Shown here one piece after another: positions 1-13,932 of a stretch of 64,000 bases of DNA; the stretch's first letter is position 1, and each line of letters opens with the position of its first letter. Source of the DNA: Balanoglossus misakiensis (lineage: Eukaryota; Animalia; Hemichordata); assembly GCA_040954595.2 (NCBI GenBank), contig CM082597.2, positions 9,641,778 through 9,705,777 on the forward strand, given 5' to 3'. A program made the position numbers and the translations under genes. The notes under the pieces were generated by a model. That model had not been told where the DNA came from. It saw only the letters and a program-made list of their open reading frames with translations, and searched no databases.

Positions 1-1817
1 GAACGTACTAGTTATCAAAAACTACTTTGGTCACTTGTTAGCACTCCAGGCTTGCTAGAGAAGAGCATTTCTATGTGTAGTTTTTAAAATATTGAAGATA
101 AAAAGACAATGTAACAGCTAGAGTAATACCTTTAAATGGGTAAAATCACTAACCTTTGACACCATTCGGTCATGTTACTGTTGCTCACTATACTTCTATA
201 TTTAATATGATTTTATTGTACACACCAAAAATTAGTCAACAATACAAAAATCATCTTTCACATGCACTTGCGCCCTCAAGAGTTTGATGTTTTCTTCCAC
301 TCGTATTTTTACACGATACAGTTCAGTTTTCCCAAATAGTTAAATGATACTCAAGTGTAGGGAAATGCATCTCAAAGAAATTAAATGGTTTGTCCTCAGA
401 AAAGATTACGCTGTCCAAAACTAAACCTGTGGCAATGAAGAATCGACTGGGTGCTGCGAAGATACAAATTAACTGGCGCGGCGTTGAGGGCGATGTTTCC
501 CTCTCGAGCGGCAAAGGTCTTGGCAAAGGGCGATGTATGATTTGTGGCTATGGTAAATGGGCTGTGGTTGGCTTCTTGCTTATAGTCACGTGAGATGCAG
601 GTTTGTGGTACGTCATTATATTATGGCGGTTGATTTGATGTGAACTCCCATCGCTTGATTTGAATGTAGCGTGGAGCCCACGGAATGGAAATAATATTCA
701 TCAAATACTCGTTCCAAGTATTCGCCTGAGGTCTGGCTGCAAGTTTTAGTCAATAGAAGTTTTTAGGGTAGTTCTATCGCAGGCAGTGAGTGGAAAGTTG
801 TCCCACGTAGTGCCAGTGGAATTTTACACGATGACGTCGTATGTGGCATGACGAGCGCAGGTACGGGAATATTCGAGGCATTGGAGAATACGATTTGTGT
901 ACGCGTTTGAATCCAAGTTTCCCGGTGGAGTCTGCTCTGAAGATGGTGCACAGTGTGTATGGACTGTCGTTGGTCGACTTACATGTTTCAGTGAGTATTT
1001 ATCATGTTTATGCCGTGGCGTAATTTGTAGATCGTTCCAATTTTCGTTTCAACTTCAAGCAGTATAGTCCAGCGAAATCCACTTTTTTTGCCGAACCTTG
1101 TTTTTAGCGTCTTAAAGTTTTTTTAAAGCGGATGCTGCTTGTATAGATCACCAGAGTGAAAGAAATGGTTACTGAAGCTCTGTCAGTATTGAGCAATTTG
1201 AGATAATTAACATAAAATGGCCATCAATGTACAGTGAAATTAAGGGATAGAAATCACCTTTATACTTATAGTGCAAAAGTTTGATAGTAAAAGCTTAATG
1301 TTTTTATAGCAACAGGTTAAAATTGAGTATATTTAAATACTAATTTGCATAATTTAAAGCCCAATGACGTTATATACAAGTATTATTAACCCTAAATATG
1401 AGTTTATATACAAGTTTTAACCAGATAAATAATTTAGCTTTGTGGCAAAGGAATATGGCCGTCACTGTACATAGTAAAATGCGAAATACAATTAAAACAT
1501 TGCATGATCTCATCCAGTAGAACACATGGAAGTAAATGTACATGTACTCCACTGAGACATCCTATTGATGCCTGAGTGTGGCTGTATGTTGCAATTTGAA
1601 CATGCTATGTATTAAACAGGTGCCCCACCGATTTTATCAGCCTCCATACAAACAGTACACATCTATTGTGGTATGCGTCACCAAGCGAAGACAAACTGAT
1701 GCAAATACAAGTAATGTGAGGATTTTAAATAGATTTGAAGTATTTTAGTATGGAAAATTTGAAATTTGGTTGAATGACACTCTAAACAGGTATGAGACCC
1801 AGTAGCATTAGGGTTAA

Positions 1818-2538
1818 GGTGGCATTGCATGAAACCGTCGAGACTTTTTCAGAGGCCTATTTCTCATCAAAGACAACGTTAAAACCCCTATAAACCATAT
1901 ATATATTCTGGAAGCTGAGTTTTTGAACTTTTGTTTGAGTTGCATATATTATTGATCCCCGGAAATGGTGGCGTTTTTGGGTTAAAAAAAACATTTTTTG
2001 ATATTATGTCATTAAATTTAATTTAGGTAAAAAAGTTGATCATGCATCTTAATATGTCATTCGAAACTAGAGTACAGGTGCAAAAAAATTGTAATTTCGT
2101 TTTGTGTTATCTGCTTCCATTGAGGAGTAACAGCGTTTGTAAGTTAGATTTTTAGAAAATTTGATCAAATTCACGGTGAGTTGTATTGAATCAGAGTTTA
2201 TTCCCGCCAGGGACACTTTATCGACTAAAAAAATACACAATCATACACAATCCCCTGTTAAAATTTGAGCAAATTCGGCCAACGCAGAGCGAAGCTAAAT
2301 TCTTCTGAAGTTGTCAAGAGCAGCGAAAATGCAAACTGAGAAAAACGGCCATTTGCATTGTTGACACCTATTTGTTAAGCTGTGGACTCATTCAGAAAAG
2401 TGCTATTTTTGGGTGATTATGCACCATTTCCACCAAGACGTATTAGTCTGAGTCAGGATGTGGATCAGTATTAGTCCTACCGATTTATGTAAAAAAGAAA
2501 GATTTGGCAAAAATCACAACTTTTCATGCAATGTCACC
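1818..2538. mobile_element. Non-autonomous DNA transposon, Kolobok-like
   Basis: TIR GGTGGCATTGCATGAAA / TTTCATGCAATGTCACC, flanked by TTAA on both sides. Confidence 0.8.
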
Positions 2539-2610
2539 TTAAAGCGTTCTAACATTTTCCTTCAGTTGGCTGCCTATCAATAAACAATTGCTGGAAAAGA
2601 CTGTTTCAAG

Positions 2611-2994
2611 TATCCGTCTTCCGTTAAACATAGAAACAGTTCTGCTTGGAAATTCACAAATACCCAAGCTTTCAAATTTTCTTATTCTAGTTGCAAAGAG
2701 ATATATTTATATTGTGAGATGTAATAAAAAGGAGCTTAACTTTGCTCACTTTATGAACTATGTTCAGCAGACACAAAAGACAGAATTTTTCATTGCAAAT
2801 AGAAAAACAGACTTGATAAGCACATAAAGAAATGGGGAAAATATCTGAAACTAACTGGACCACAACCTTGATTTGTAACTTACACTGAAGAATTGATCAT
2901 GTTGTAATCTGTTCTTTTAACACTTCTGACAGTGATGTAATATGGAATTTTCTTTCAAATACGACTCGAATAAAAAGTTTATAAATACAAAAAA
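2611..2994 (+). mobile_element. 5'-truncated L1/Tx1 LINE 3' end with poly(A) tail and 16-bp TSD
   Basis: ORF2 C-terminus (ETVLLGNSQIPKLSNFLILVAKRYIY..), AATAAA and A-tail. TSD AAAAGACTGTTTCAAG at 2595-2610 and 2995-3010. Same family as 33541-33712 and 39634-41236. Confidence 0.88.
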
Positions 2995-4387
2995 AAAAGA
3001 CTGTTTCAAGGCAGTTCCAAAATAATCCTGTTAGAAATTAGCAATGTTTTTTTTTAATAATCAACAGGTACTTCGTAAAGCTTGCGCAATCAATCCTTCA
3101 ACATCCATGATTTTTCACCAAAATTTGTTTACCTTCCTCCTCGTACACTTTTTAGGTTCCAGCTTGCAGGTCAAACAGGCACAAACGGCTTTTAAATGAT
3201 ATGAGTTGATTCAGTGTTTCCGCTACCCGCTCGCCAAATTGCAAATGCGAGAAAAAAGTTGTTTGGCAAAAGAGTTTTCATTCAATTTCGAATTAGCCAA
3301 ACTTGCGAAGCACTGCAATCAAATAACGTTGTTTGTTTGTGTGTGTCTCTTGAAATGCAAAGAATATGCATCTTTTCCTAATTTGAATATTTTGAAATGG
3401 TTATGCTTACAAATTATACATTTTCGGTCTGCCTTGACTTGAACGCATCAAGTGTACAGGTTGTTATGGAAATTTCTTTTTAGAACCGCTTGTGTAGTGG
3501 CTTGCCCGTCAAATGCTGGCCAGCTGGCCGTGCATAGTGGAGTACATAAATGTTTGGCTGCCCGAACGTGCAAGTAAGGTTGACAATTGACTTGCCCTGC
3601 ATCAATATTTTTTTAGAGTTTTCTTTTTTATATTGAAAATCAACCAGCAACAGTATCCACAATATCTCTTGTCTCAATAATGAGCGTATACAGAAAGCTC
3701 ATCTCTCAATATAAAGAGAAGGAAAAAAAATACACTTCAATATTCACTATCGAACTCAGTCATTCTTAATTTTCCTGTTGGGTCAATTTTCACACAACAA
3801 AACAACCAAAATATGAAGACGAACAAGGACAAACACCAGGCAGACACCCTAAATCTCCTTACAAAATACTTGTAATCTTGTCACCAAAAAACCACCAACA
3901 TTAGTTCAACATACAGATTTACCGGGGAAAATTAAAAAGTGTTTTTTAGAAGTACCATGAATGAGAGTTTAAATAGCAAAATCTTTCCATTTATCCATAT
4001 AAAATGGCATAGTTCCTCTTCTTTTGGAGATAAACAATTTCACCTTTTGGACATAACTGACTTCTGTTCTAAGTAAAGGAAAACTGGGTAATTCCTTCTT
4101 ATCTGTTTGGAGGATGGGTCAAGTGGACATTTTAAAATCTTGTGCTATTACCAGTAAGTATATTTCAGTCCATGACTTTTTAACAAAATCAAAATTCTTA
4201 AATATATGCACTAATGTCTGCCGCCAACCCCCTCCCCCGATCACCTGTTGCTACAGGTTGGTTTGGCTAATGCAAAGTCAAGTTTGGCTAGTAAATTTTC
4301 AGGTCTTTTAGCCAAATTGCTAGAAGATTTTGAAACCCAGAGGAAACACTGTGATTGATGTTCCATGTGTATCCTTGCCCTTTTTAA

Positions 4388-4788
4388 GGATGTACATTCA
4401 GTAAAATTGAAAGTATTGTCATTTTTTTTAATTGTGGATTTTTTTATTCTCCTTTGTATGAATAATGAAAATCCGTAATAAAATATAGGGGTCACCGCGC
4501 TTGTTTATGAAATACAGAGCCATGAATTTGGTCGATAATAGAAGAAATCTGCTGACTCAGCATTTTTCACCAATGGTTTGGCTATGGGCAAAAATTTTAA
4601 CGCAATTTATCTCAAAATAGAGCGCAGTGACCCCTATATTTTATTTGACCAATGCTGGACTGAACTATGTGTAAAATTTCGTGAAAATGACAATAGTAGA
4701 ATTTTGTTTTCTGGCGATTATCAATGTAATCCTATGGGAAAAAGACCGGGCGCGCAGTGTTTCCGGTTTATGTTCTGCGCGTACATCC
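4388..4788. mobile_element. MITE with TTAA TSD (Kolobok-like)
   Basis: TTAA-GGATGTAC ... GTACATCC-TTAA. Confidence 0.6.
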
Positions 4789-5370
4789 TTAAATGTTCGA
4801 ATTGTTTTCACAATGTGTATTTATATTTTTCATGAGTCATTGTTTGCCAAGTTTTAGGATGTATAAACAAAACTTTGAGATGCGATAAAGTTTTCAACTC
4901 ATATGAGGACTTTAAAATTACTATTTAGACACAGCTTATTAGCTTTAAAACAAAACTGAGGCTGGCATTCTCTGAATTTCGCAGAATAGTAAACGAAATA
5001 CAGTGGTAGGTATAGAGACTTAGTAATTCCAAATATGACACATCAGTCACTCAAATGACAAGTGATAGTATTTCTGGATTTGACTCACAATAATAATTTG
5101 GCATTTTGGCAAATTACACTTGAGTTTGTTCATTTTGGTCAATCTTGATTGGGGTAACATTCAAGCATGATACGTTGTCCAATTCTGCACACATGGCACT
5201 GCCACTTCAAGTAGTTCAAGGCGATAAAATATCAACTGCCATTATCTAATATTTCTTGGATCTGGTAATTTTATCTCGTATGATAATGATTATTGGACCT
5301 GATATGACGGCATTGTGTTGCCTTTGAGAAAAGGCAAAGGATTACCTGGCTGCTCATAATAAATGTGTGA

Positions 5371-5757
5371 TAATCAACATTATTTTACCATGGCCTGTGC
5401 GTCGCATTTTAATTGGTCGAGATGAACGACGTCACTGACCACAAATACTCAGTAATGGTTTGTTTACATGCTCGTAAATCTGAATAGTAATATTAGCAAA
5501 CAGTTCAGTGAATACAACATTTTGCGTAACACAAGTTCCGAGGCCCCTACATGTAGTGGGACATTTTCATAAATTTTGACGTTTTCTTGACTTCGTTGGT
5601 AATATAATGGAAATAACCGACTCCGCCCTGACCATTAACGTTTGTTTATGGGCGCGGGCTCGAGGAAAGCCAAAATTCCAAAATTTTTGGCTTTCCCCTC
5701 GCCCTTGCCCATAAACAAACGTTAATGGTCAGGGCGTCGTACATTATTTCTATATTA
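5371..5757. mobile_element. Palindromic non-autonomous element, Crypton-like architecture
   Basis: Long hairpin 5601-5755 (cgccctgaccattaacgtttgtttatgggc / gcccataaacaaacgttaatggtcagggcg); no TSD seen; family assignment is inference. Confidence 0.45.
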
Positions 5758-6903
5758 TTTTGCGACAGGAAAAGAGGATTTATGTACTTGCAATTCTTCC
5801 TACTTTACATAGATTTTTGCTACCCAGTGAGTAATAAAAATCTCATCTGGTCGACACAATTTCAAGATTGCCGATTTTTGCCATGTTTAAGAAATGGGAG
5901 TTCATAAGCTTAAGCGATATTCGGTCATTCTGATACTTTGTAACTAACAGAAAAAAATAGAATGTAAAAAAAAAATTGATTGACTTTATTATGTCAACTA
6001 CAAAGCAGAAATTTTTGACTAATGGAAGTCATGAAATACAGTAAACACATAATTTCTTCTATCTATTACTACAGTGAATTGTCAACTTTTTACCCAGAAA
6101 GCAATTATTATGTGATTTTACCCTCTAGCACAAAGTGAAAACCTATTTAAGGCAGCCAGAATTATAAAACAGTGATATGTAATGTGTTAAAATGACTGCA
6201 CATAGCAAAGTACAAATGTAAAAGGGGGGGGGGGGGTCCAGCCGGAGCCTTCAGTATTACAAGGGGTGGGCCAGGGGGATTCAGCGTACACCTAGAATAT
6301 CAAATTTGGCCCTTCCCTTATCCCCCCTTCTAAAATATGACCCCCCTTGTCAGACATTCTAAAACCTGACCCTCCCCTACACACGGAAGCCTTTTTAAAT
6401 TTTAAATACTAGTATTATTAAATTGAAAATTTATAAATATAGAAATTGCATGTAATTTGCATACATTATTTTTCCAATTCATTTTGTTCTTTATATCAAT
6501 TCATTTCCTGCTCTGTAGTCTGTATTCAGGAAATATCACATGCACAATCCAAGATCTGACTGTCAAATCACTGAGCTTCTGGAAAAAGTGACTCACACCC
6601 CCCCCCCCCCCAGTAGGTTTGTAAAAAGTGACCATCCCCTCAAAGGCTCCCTGAAGTTAAGAGCATCAACCCTTGCAATTGCATGCTCAAAATTCAGACC
6701 CATTTATTTTGGTGATTTCTAGTAAATACATGTATTTCAGATAGTTTCATTTCATTTACTGTTGTTCTGTATGGCCCCGGGACATGTATGTCTGCAAATT
6801 TTTTTGCTCCAATGAGTGATAATTTGCAACAGTATCATGGCCATAATGGATCAGTTTGTAACGCAAATAAAGAATGCATGATCAGTGAAAAGCTGTCATT
6901 TTT

Positions 6904-8060
6904 AGGTCCCATTTGGTTATGTAATATACCATGTTATTGGTAAAACATCTTCAATTCTGAAAGTGATAGGCCTTTTTCTTTGAAATTTAGTATGAAGCTT
7001 CCTATAGGTGGTCTGAGTTTCTATAGTTTTGTTCAAATTGTTGCAAAATTTGCATATTGATTATTTTGAGCAATTTTTCCCATTTTTGGTCAAAAGTCTT
7101 TTTCTCTAAAACAGCATGTCAGGTTACTTTGCAATTTGGTAGGCATGTTCCTTGTAGTGATTGAAGTAAGATATTGTACAATTTTGGTGATATTTGCATA
7201 TTTCTGTTTCTTTTGACCAAATATTTTCTATGAAACTGCTTGTTGGATTGCTTTGAAATTTGTTTTTTCTCCGATTGCTTTGGAATTTAGGTTACAATTT
7301 CATAACACATATATGTGCAGCTTTTATTCAATTCTGATATCAAAAACATTCAATATTTAGCGAGTTTTTCGGAAAAGTTTTGTTGTTTTTGGTTAGCAAA
7401 TCTTTTCGTAATCCTATTGTCCAGTTGCCTTGAAAGTTACTGTTTACAAGGAGTGTTACCCCCAACTTAGACATGTTTACATAACTTTAACCCTAACAGT
7501 GCCAAGTCAGTAGGAAACGTAGTTATTTTCCTACCCCCCTAGAATCCCGGGCATACTTGACTGTGGAGAAATGAATTGGTATCAGACTGTGTAATGTCAA
7601 ATATTTGAACAGCTGAGTACATACTAAACCGCCTCTGCTGGGTAATTTGATCAGGCCAAGGTGATCATAAACAGTGGATACAGCTAGATTGAGGCAAACG
7701 ACCCTGTCTAAATACACACATGGCAGCTAATCAAAGAAACCAACACTGTCTAAATACGTATTCCAGTGATGATACGTATCTATATGGACTTGAGACTCTA
7801 ACGGGTACCCGGTAGCAATAGGGTTAATGGGCCAGCTGTCGCAGAAACCATCAGCTATTAATTTTTTTATTTGCCAGTGGCAGGACAAGTGCAGTGAGCG
7901 TCTATCTGTTCCAGGGCTGACTGAAAGAAGTTGCTTGTGTTTGTATACTGTAGACAATTTTTGGTCAAAAATACATTTTTCTCGTACCGCTTGTAAGACT
8001 GCTATGACAGATGACAGTTTATTTAGCATGTTCCTTGTTAATTTTCTATATGGTTAGATC
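6904..8060 (+). mobile_element. Helentron-associated (HINE/DINE-1-like) element, family A, internally deleted and 3'-truncated copy
   Basis: Starts T-run + AGGTCCCAT; body aligns by eye with 34070-34238, 36652-37240 and 39010-39545. Confidence 0.7.
7491..7823. mobile_element. piggyBac-like MITE inserted in the family A element
   Basis: TTAA-CCCTA ... TAGGG-TTAA. The paralogous copy near 39285-39310 shows the empty site (actttaattggccagctg). Confidence 0.75.
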
Positions 8061-10391
8061 ATACCTGCTTGTAGCATAACATAAACTGGCTTGTATCAAA
8101 ATAATTAATGGAAAAAGAGCAGCGAGAGAGAGACTTTGTCCCTTTAAGATAGGGATATACTGTGTGTGAGTTTTACTTTACCCCACGATTTCTACACTTT
8201 CGATAGTTTTGATTTTGTACTCAAAAATTGTTTTCAACTTTCTTAATTTCAGGAGGAACTTTCCATGTGATCTAGCTGACGAGACTTCTGGGACAAGTCA
8301 AAGATTACAGAAATGGATATACATTACCACAGCTGACCTTTGAATAGGGAAGTATTATTTTTTTATATTATGTATTTTATTTGTTTGCTTGTCAGCTGAA
8401 ATGTACTAAAGGTGCAGAATTGAAAACACTAGCCTGTTGCAAAACATGGTAAGCATCTGCTATATTCGGTTTGGATGTACTTTATGGTGTTTAAATGCAA
8501 ATTTATGGTAAGAAGGATGAGTGACTATGTCGATGATACTGTCAGTCGCGTTGAAATGGAGCAATTATATGTTTTAAAATCAACAACAGTTGAAAGATAA
8601 ATGTATTATGAGAGCGTCTGTCATTTACATGTGTAGTGAGAACTGCACAATGGATAAAACCAAAGGTAACTTTCACTGAATGCCAGTGCATTGGGTTTTG
8701 TCATCATAAAGGTAAGAGTGTATAGTTTGTAGAATATAGTTTGATTTAAACTAGGACATACTAATCATGTAGAAAAACTTCAATAATAGACAGGGATAAT
8801 ACATTATCATATGTGTATAATAATCGCTGAAAATTATAATGTTGAGTGTTTGCAGGATAAGGTATGATAAACTTTAAAATACGAAACCTTGATAATGAAG
8901 ATTAGGTAACAAAGTGCACAGTAAAGATGAAAATGATATAATAACAAAAAATAATACGGTAATGATGATAATGAAGATGATGTTGTTGTAATAATTAAAA
9001 AGAACAATAATGATGATAATGGTGATGATGATTATGTAATTTTAAAAATTAATGATGAATAGTGTATGTCAGTGTGGTATTGTCAGTTTTAGGTTGATCT
9101 TCAGGATGCTTTAAGATGAAAATGGTTGAGATGATTATTGTTTCTATGGTTTAGGTGGTGATTATATGATTCTTAATGGTCTTAATGTAATTGAGAATAT
9201 TGGGTGTAATTGTGTATCTGTTGGGATTGTGGTCGTAGTGGTTTAGAGTAACAGAATAATAATGTTAGTGAAGGTTTCATTTTACTATATATATAACAGG
9301 GAGATGTATTTTCATGTAAACAGTCAGTTACATTCATCTTAAATATTCATCAGAATTGGTAGCCTAACAATATGCATAGTTGGCATTGTATACTTTGTGA
9401 TTCTGGGTACAGAGTTTTGTGAGGCAGTTGATTGTGTAAAATTATAGTAATATGATCCCAGTACATGAGGTGTTGGTGAAATATTTGTGACTGGTGTAGA
9501 TAAATATCGATATGACTGTAATTGGTGAATTAATAAACTTTTCTTTTTTCTTCAGGGATGCGCGTTTTATGATGGTGACACTGCAGTTGAATAGACTGTA
9601 GTATTTAATGTGTTTTTGTGTAATATTGCATGTGTGTGTGTGCCCATTCTGACCTGGCCAGTCAGATTTGGGATGTCATTACATATCTTGCACTCGCAAA
9701 CATGACATACCTTGCACTCGCAAACATGACACACCGTATAAGTAACCACTCTCTAAGTTTCAGATTTATCAAACTGGTTTAATTGTGATTGTGATTTATT
9801 TGTATTGAATGCATGATTTCATTCCAGATTATTAAATAACCATTGCATTGTATAATATTTGTATTTCAGATGTGTACCTGTATTTAATTGTGTTAGATAG
9901 TAATAAAATCCAGTCAGTTTCACCAACAGCTCATTGTCTTTCCCCCTTTGCACCAATACAATGAGCATTCATTTGTATTGGAAAGCAATTTACATACCAA
10001 CATGTATATATTTTGAAGGCTTTTCTGTTTTGGAAATTGCAGTAATTTAGTAAATCAACATTCAGAATTACTGGTGTGTGATGTCAGCTATGCATATTAA
10101 TATTTATCGTTTGGAAGTTTAATATTACAAAATTCTTAGACTTTCTAATTTACCTACTGATAATAATAAATTTATAATATTTGAGAGTACAATATAGCTA
10201 AGATAAATTAACTAGTGAGTATAGACTTTGTAGAATGCAGTTGGTTGAATAGTTTCTGATTTTCATGGGTTACTTAATTTTGATTTTATGTCCGTTGTTT
10301 GTGATGGTAGTGGCGGTTTTGATGTTAATTGTGAATTCTAATTGTTATGGTGATGGCATTGATGGTTGTACTTATGTTGATGGGGGTCGGT

Positions 10392-10393
10392 GG

Positions 10394-10429
<36 letters not shown>
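10392..10429. repeat. (GAT)n microsatellite
   Basis: Direct reading. Confidence 0.95.
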
Positions 10430-10430
<1 letters not shown>

Positions 10431-11309
10431 AGCAAAAATAATGATTGTAATAATAATTATTAGTATTATAATAATAATTTTTATGAAACCACAGCTGTGG
10501 AACTTATTCTTCTGAATTTGTATAGATATTGTCAAATAATCTTAGCTTAAAGGTGTAATTTAGTAATTATGTATGATGATTTTAGGTAATAATTACTTAA
10601 CAGCCCATAAATAATTTGTATAGTTTTTAGCGCTGTAGTTCACTTGAACTCATAACTGTGCATAAATTGTAATTTTTTATGGTGATATTCTAAAACTAAA
10701 ACTAGTGAAAAGTTAAATATAAAGTATAATATGTAGATAGGTGATAACTACTGGAATAATTTGTTGAATTTTTAGTCCCCTGTGGGACTCATTGACAGTG
10801 ATTTGTTAACTGAGTACTGGTCCATGTTTCTCCCACTGAAGTGGAGATAGTTTCATGTTTTTCAATTCCTTTGGGTAATTAAGGAAGTTTATCAGATCCT
10901 GGAGATTTACAAATTGGATAATATGCGTCTGCTAGCTAACTACCCAACGGATGAAAGGCGCAACACAATTTTGTAAGTGTATCATTGGTAGCATAAAACT
11001 GTCAAGTCTATGATTGTGAACTAATATTACTATTTATTATTTGTTGCAGGTGTTGGGGTTTGTTAGCAGCCAAGTTGAAGTCCGTAGCAGTCAGTCATAA
11101 TCGTCTATTAAGTATTTACACATTTTTTTCATTAGTTTCAGATTCCCATGATGCAACAATCCTCCAGCCCATGATGCAATATATCTTCCTGCCCAGATGC
11201 CAAGCTGGTAACCAGGTAACATGATTCCTGTGGTGTGAGTATGCAAATTAATTTTGTATGACCAGCCATTGTAATTACATTCAAAAAGCACAATGAAGAT
11301 CTGAATTTT

Positions 11310-13410
11310 TCCATACACACAACAGTATGGTATCAAGTGTTGTTCATGAAGACAGGAAATCGAATCATTTGTCCATAGATACATTTTTGTGTTCTGTTGT
11401 TGACCGAAATATACTTATTGACATATTTTTCATTTTTGCAGATCCCGTTTCTCTTGCTGAAGATCTACTTCTGCCAACCACCATGTAGATCTGTGCATGC
11501 CAGTAAAGTAGCCATGCAGATTACGAAGGTAACATTTAAAGCTGGTACAATTATTCTAATATGACTTGACCTCAATTTCATTAAAACTTTATACATACCG
11601 TAGACAATGTGGCATACATATATGGATAGTAATTAAATTTACAGCCTCAAAAAGCTAAGATATCTCCATACGTTCACGCATAACAGAGTGGCATCTGGTA
11701 TATTCCATAGCAACAGGAGACCATCTGTACATACATTTTAGTGTCGTGAATGTTATTTCACTGAAAAAAATTATTGATAAATATTTCATTTTTGTAGATC
11801 CAGTTTCTCTCTCTGATGATCAACTTCTGCCAACCACTATGTCGATCTGTGCATGCCTGTCAAGCAGTTAGCTGATTTTGAAGGTAACATTTAGGCTGTT
11901 AACAGCCTTAGCAGGGCATGTGGTACAATTATTCTAATATGACTTGACCTCAATTTCATTAAAACTTGGTACAATATGGTATACATATGGACAGCAATGT
12001 TGGGTCACATTTACGGCCACAAAAAGCTAAGATTTCGACACGCGTTCGCACATAACAGAGTGGCGTCTGGTATATTCCATAGCAACAGGAGACCATCTGT
12101 ATAAAGATACATTTTAGTGTCATGAACGTTATTTGACTGAAAAATAAATTATTGATATATTTTTCATTTTGTAGATCCAGTTTCTCTTGCTGATGATCAA
12201 CTTCTGCCAACATGTCGATCTGTGCATGCATGTAAAGCAGCCATGCAGATTACGAAGGTAACATTAAAGCTGCAAACAACGTTAGCGGTCATGTGGTACA
12301 ATTATTCTAATATGACTTGACCTCAATTTCAATAAAGCTTAGTACATAGACAATGTGGCATACATATGGACAGCAATGTTGGGTCACATTTACGGCCACA
12401 AAAAGCTAAGATTTCAACACGCGTTCGCACATAACAGAGTGGCGTCTGGTATATTCCATAGCAACAGGAGACCATCTGTACATAGATACATTTTACTGTC
12501 ATGAACCATATTTGACTGAAAAAAAACTTATTGATATATTTTTCACTTTTGCAGATCCAGTGCTGATGGTCAACTTCTGCCAACCACCATGTCGATCTGT
12601 GCACGCATGTAAAGCAGCCATGCAGATTACGAAGGTAACATTAAAGCTGCAAACAACGTTACCGGTCATGTGGTACAATTATTCTAATATGACTTGACCT
12701 CAATTTCATTAAAACTTGGTGCATAGAAAATGTGGCATACATATGGACAGCAATGTTGGGTCACATTTACGGCCACAAAAAGCTAAGATTTCTACAGACG
12801 TTCGCGCATAACAGAGTGGCGTCTGGTATATTCCATAGCAACAGGAGACCATCTATATGTCATGAACGTTATTTGACTGAAAAAAACTTAAGATATATTT
12901 TTCATTTTTGCAGATCCAGTTTCTCTTGCTGATGATCAACACCTGCCAACCACCATGTCGACCTGCGCATGCCTGTAAAGCAGCTATTCAGTTTACGAAG
13001 GTAACATTTAGACTGTTAACAGCCTTAGCAGGTCATGTGGTACATTTATTGTAATATGACTTCACTGTAATTTCATTAAAACTTGGACGATCATTGGTCA
13101 ATGTATTGTGACATACATTATGCATAGCGATTTATTTTGCAACTTGATCCAGTACGACCACTACAAGCTAAGATGTGTCCATACATTTATGCACAACAGA
13201 ATGGCATCTTGTATAGTCCATGGCAACAGGAGATCATCTGTCCATAGATGTAGTGTCATGTTTTTGACTGAAAAATACTTACCGTGGGTATTAACGTATT
13301 GTTCATTATTGCAGATAACAGTTTCTCTGATGATCAACATCTACCAACCATCATGGAGATAATTTGTGCATGCCTGTAAAGCAACCACGCAGTTTTCGAA
13401 GGTAACTTGA
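11310..13410 (+). repeat. Tandem array of about 6 units of roughly 360-400 bp, each containing an AG..GT-flanked exon-like segment
   Basis: Exon-like copies at 11442-11528, 11798-11883, 12175-12257, 12555-12634, 12914-13000 and 13315-13401. Confidence 0.9.
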
Positions 13411-13728
13411 GATAAATTTTAGTCTTCTCCAGCATCGGTGGACCCAGTGGAAGAAAGCATTCAGACTTCACACCATGATGTCATTCAAACTTGTTTACAA
13501 ATGGATTAGTATTCAGGGCCTGTACACTTCCGTAGTGTTTCACTGGTACCAGAACTAGTGACCTCAGGGTTTTTTTCACTGGTCCCCCCCCCCCCAAAAA
13601 AAAAAAAAAATTGCATAACAATATGAGACAGCCTCATCAATCTTAGCTTGTCACCATCCAAGTTCATTTATTTCTATCTTCATTACTTTTGAATAAAAAA
13701 TAAAGCAAACACTGTTGTTTCCATTATA

Positions 13729-13932
13729 CTGTAAAACACTTTGTTTTCGTGAGTTGAAATTTTCACGATATTGAGAGAGGCCACTGTTTCACGAGTATTA
13801 ATTTTCATATTCTCTTATTTCATTCACTGCTTTATCTTAAAAAAAAAATATGTGACTTTTTATTTTCACGTTATTTTGGCTCTCACGTATTTCACGAAAA
13901 TTTATGGCTCGCAAAAATAAAGTGTTTTACAG
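13729..13932. mobile_element. MITE with TA TSD (Tc1/mariner-like)
   Basis: TA-CTGTAAAACACTTT ... AAAGTGTTTTACAG-TA. Confidence 0.75.

Noticed and set aside
10338-10535. Poly-Ile membrane-like ORF (also 46979-47215)
   Set aside because: Translation of (GAT)n microsatellites.
11680-13230. RFX X-box-like CCATAGCAAC in each array unit
   Set aside because: Only a half-site; it is repeated simply because the unit is repeated.
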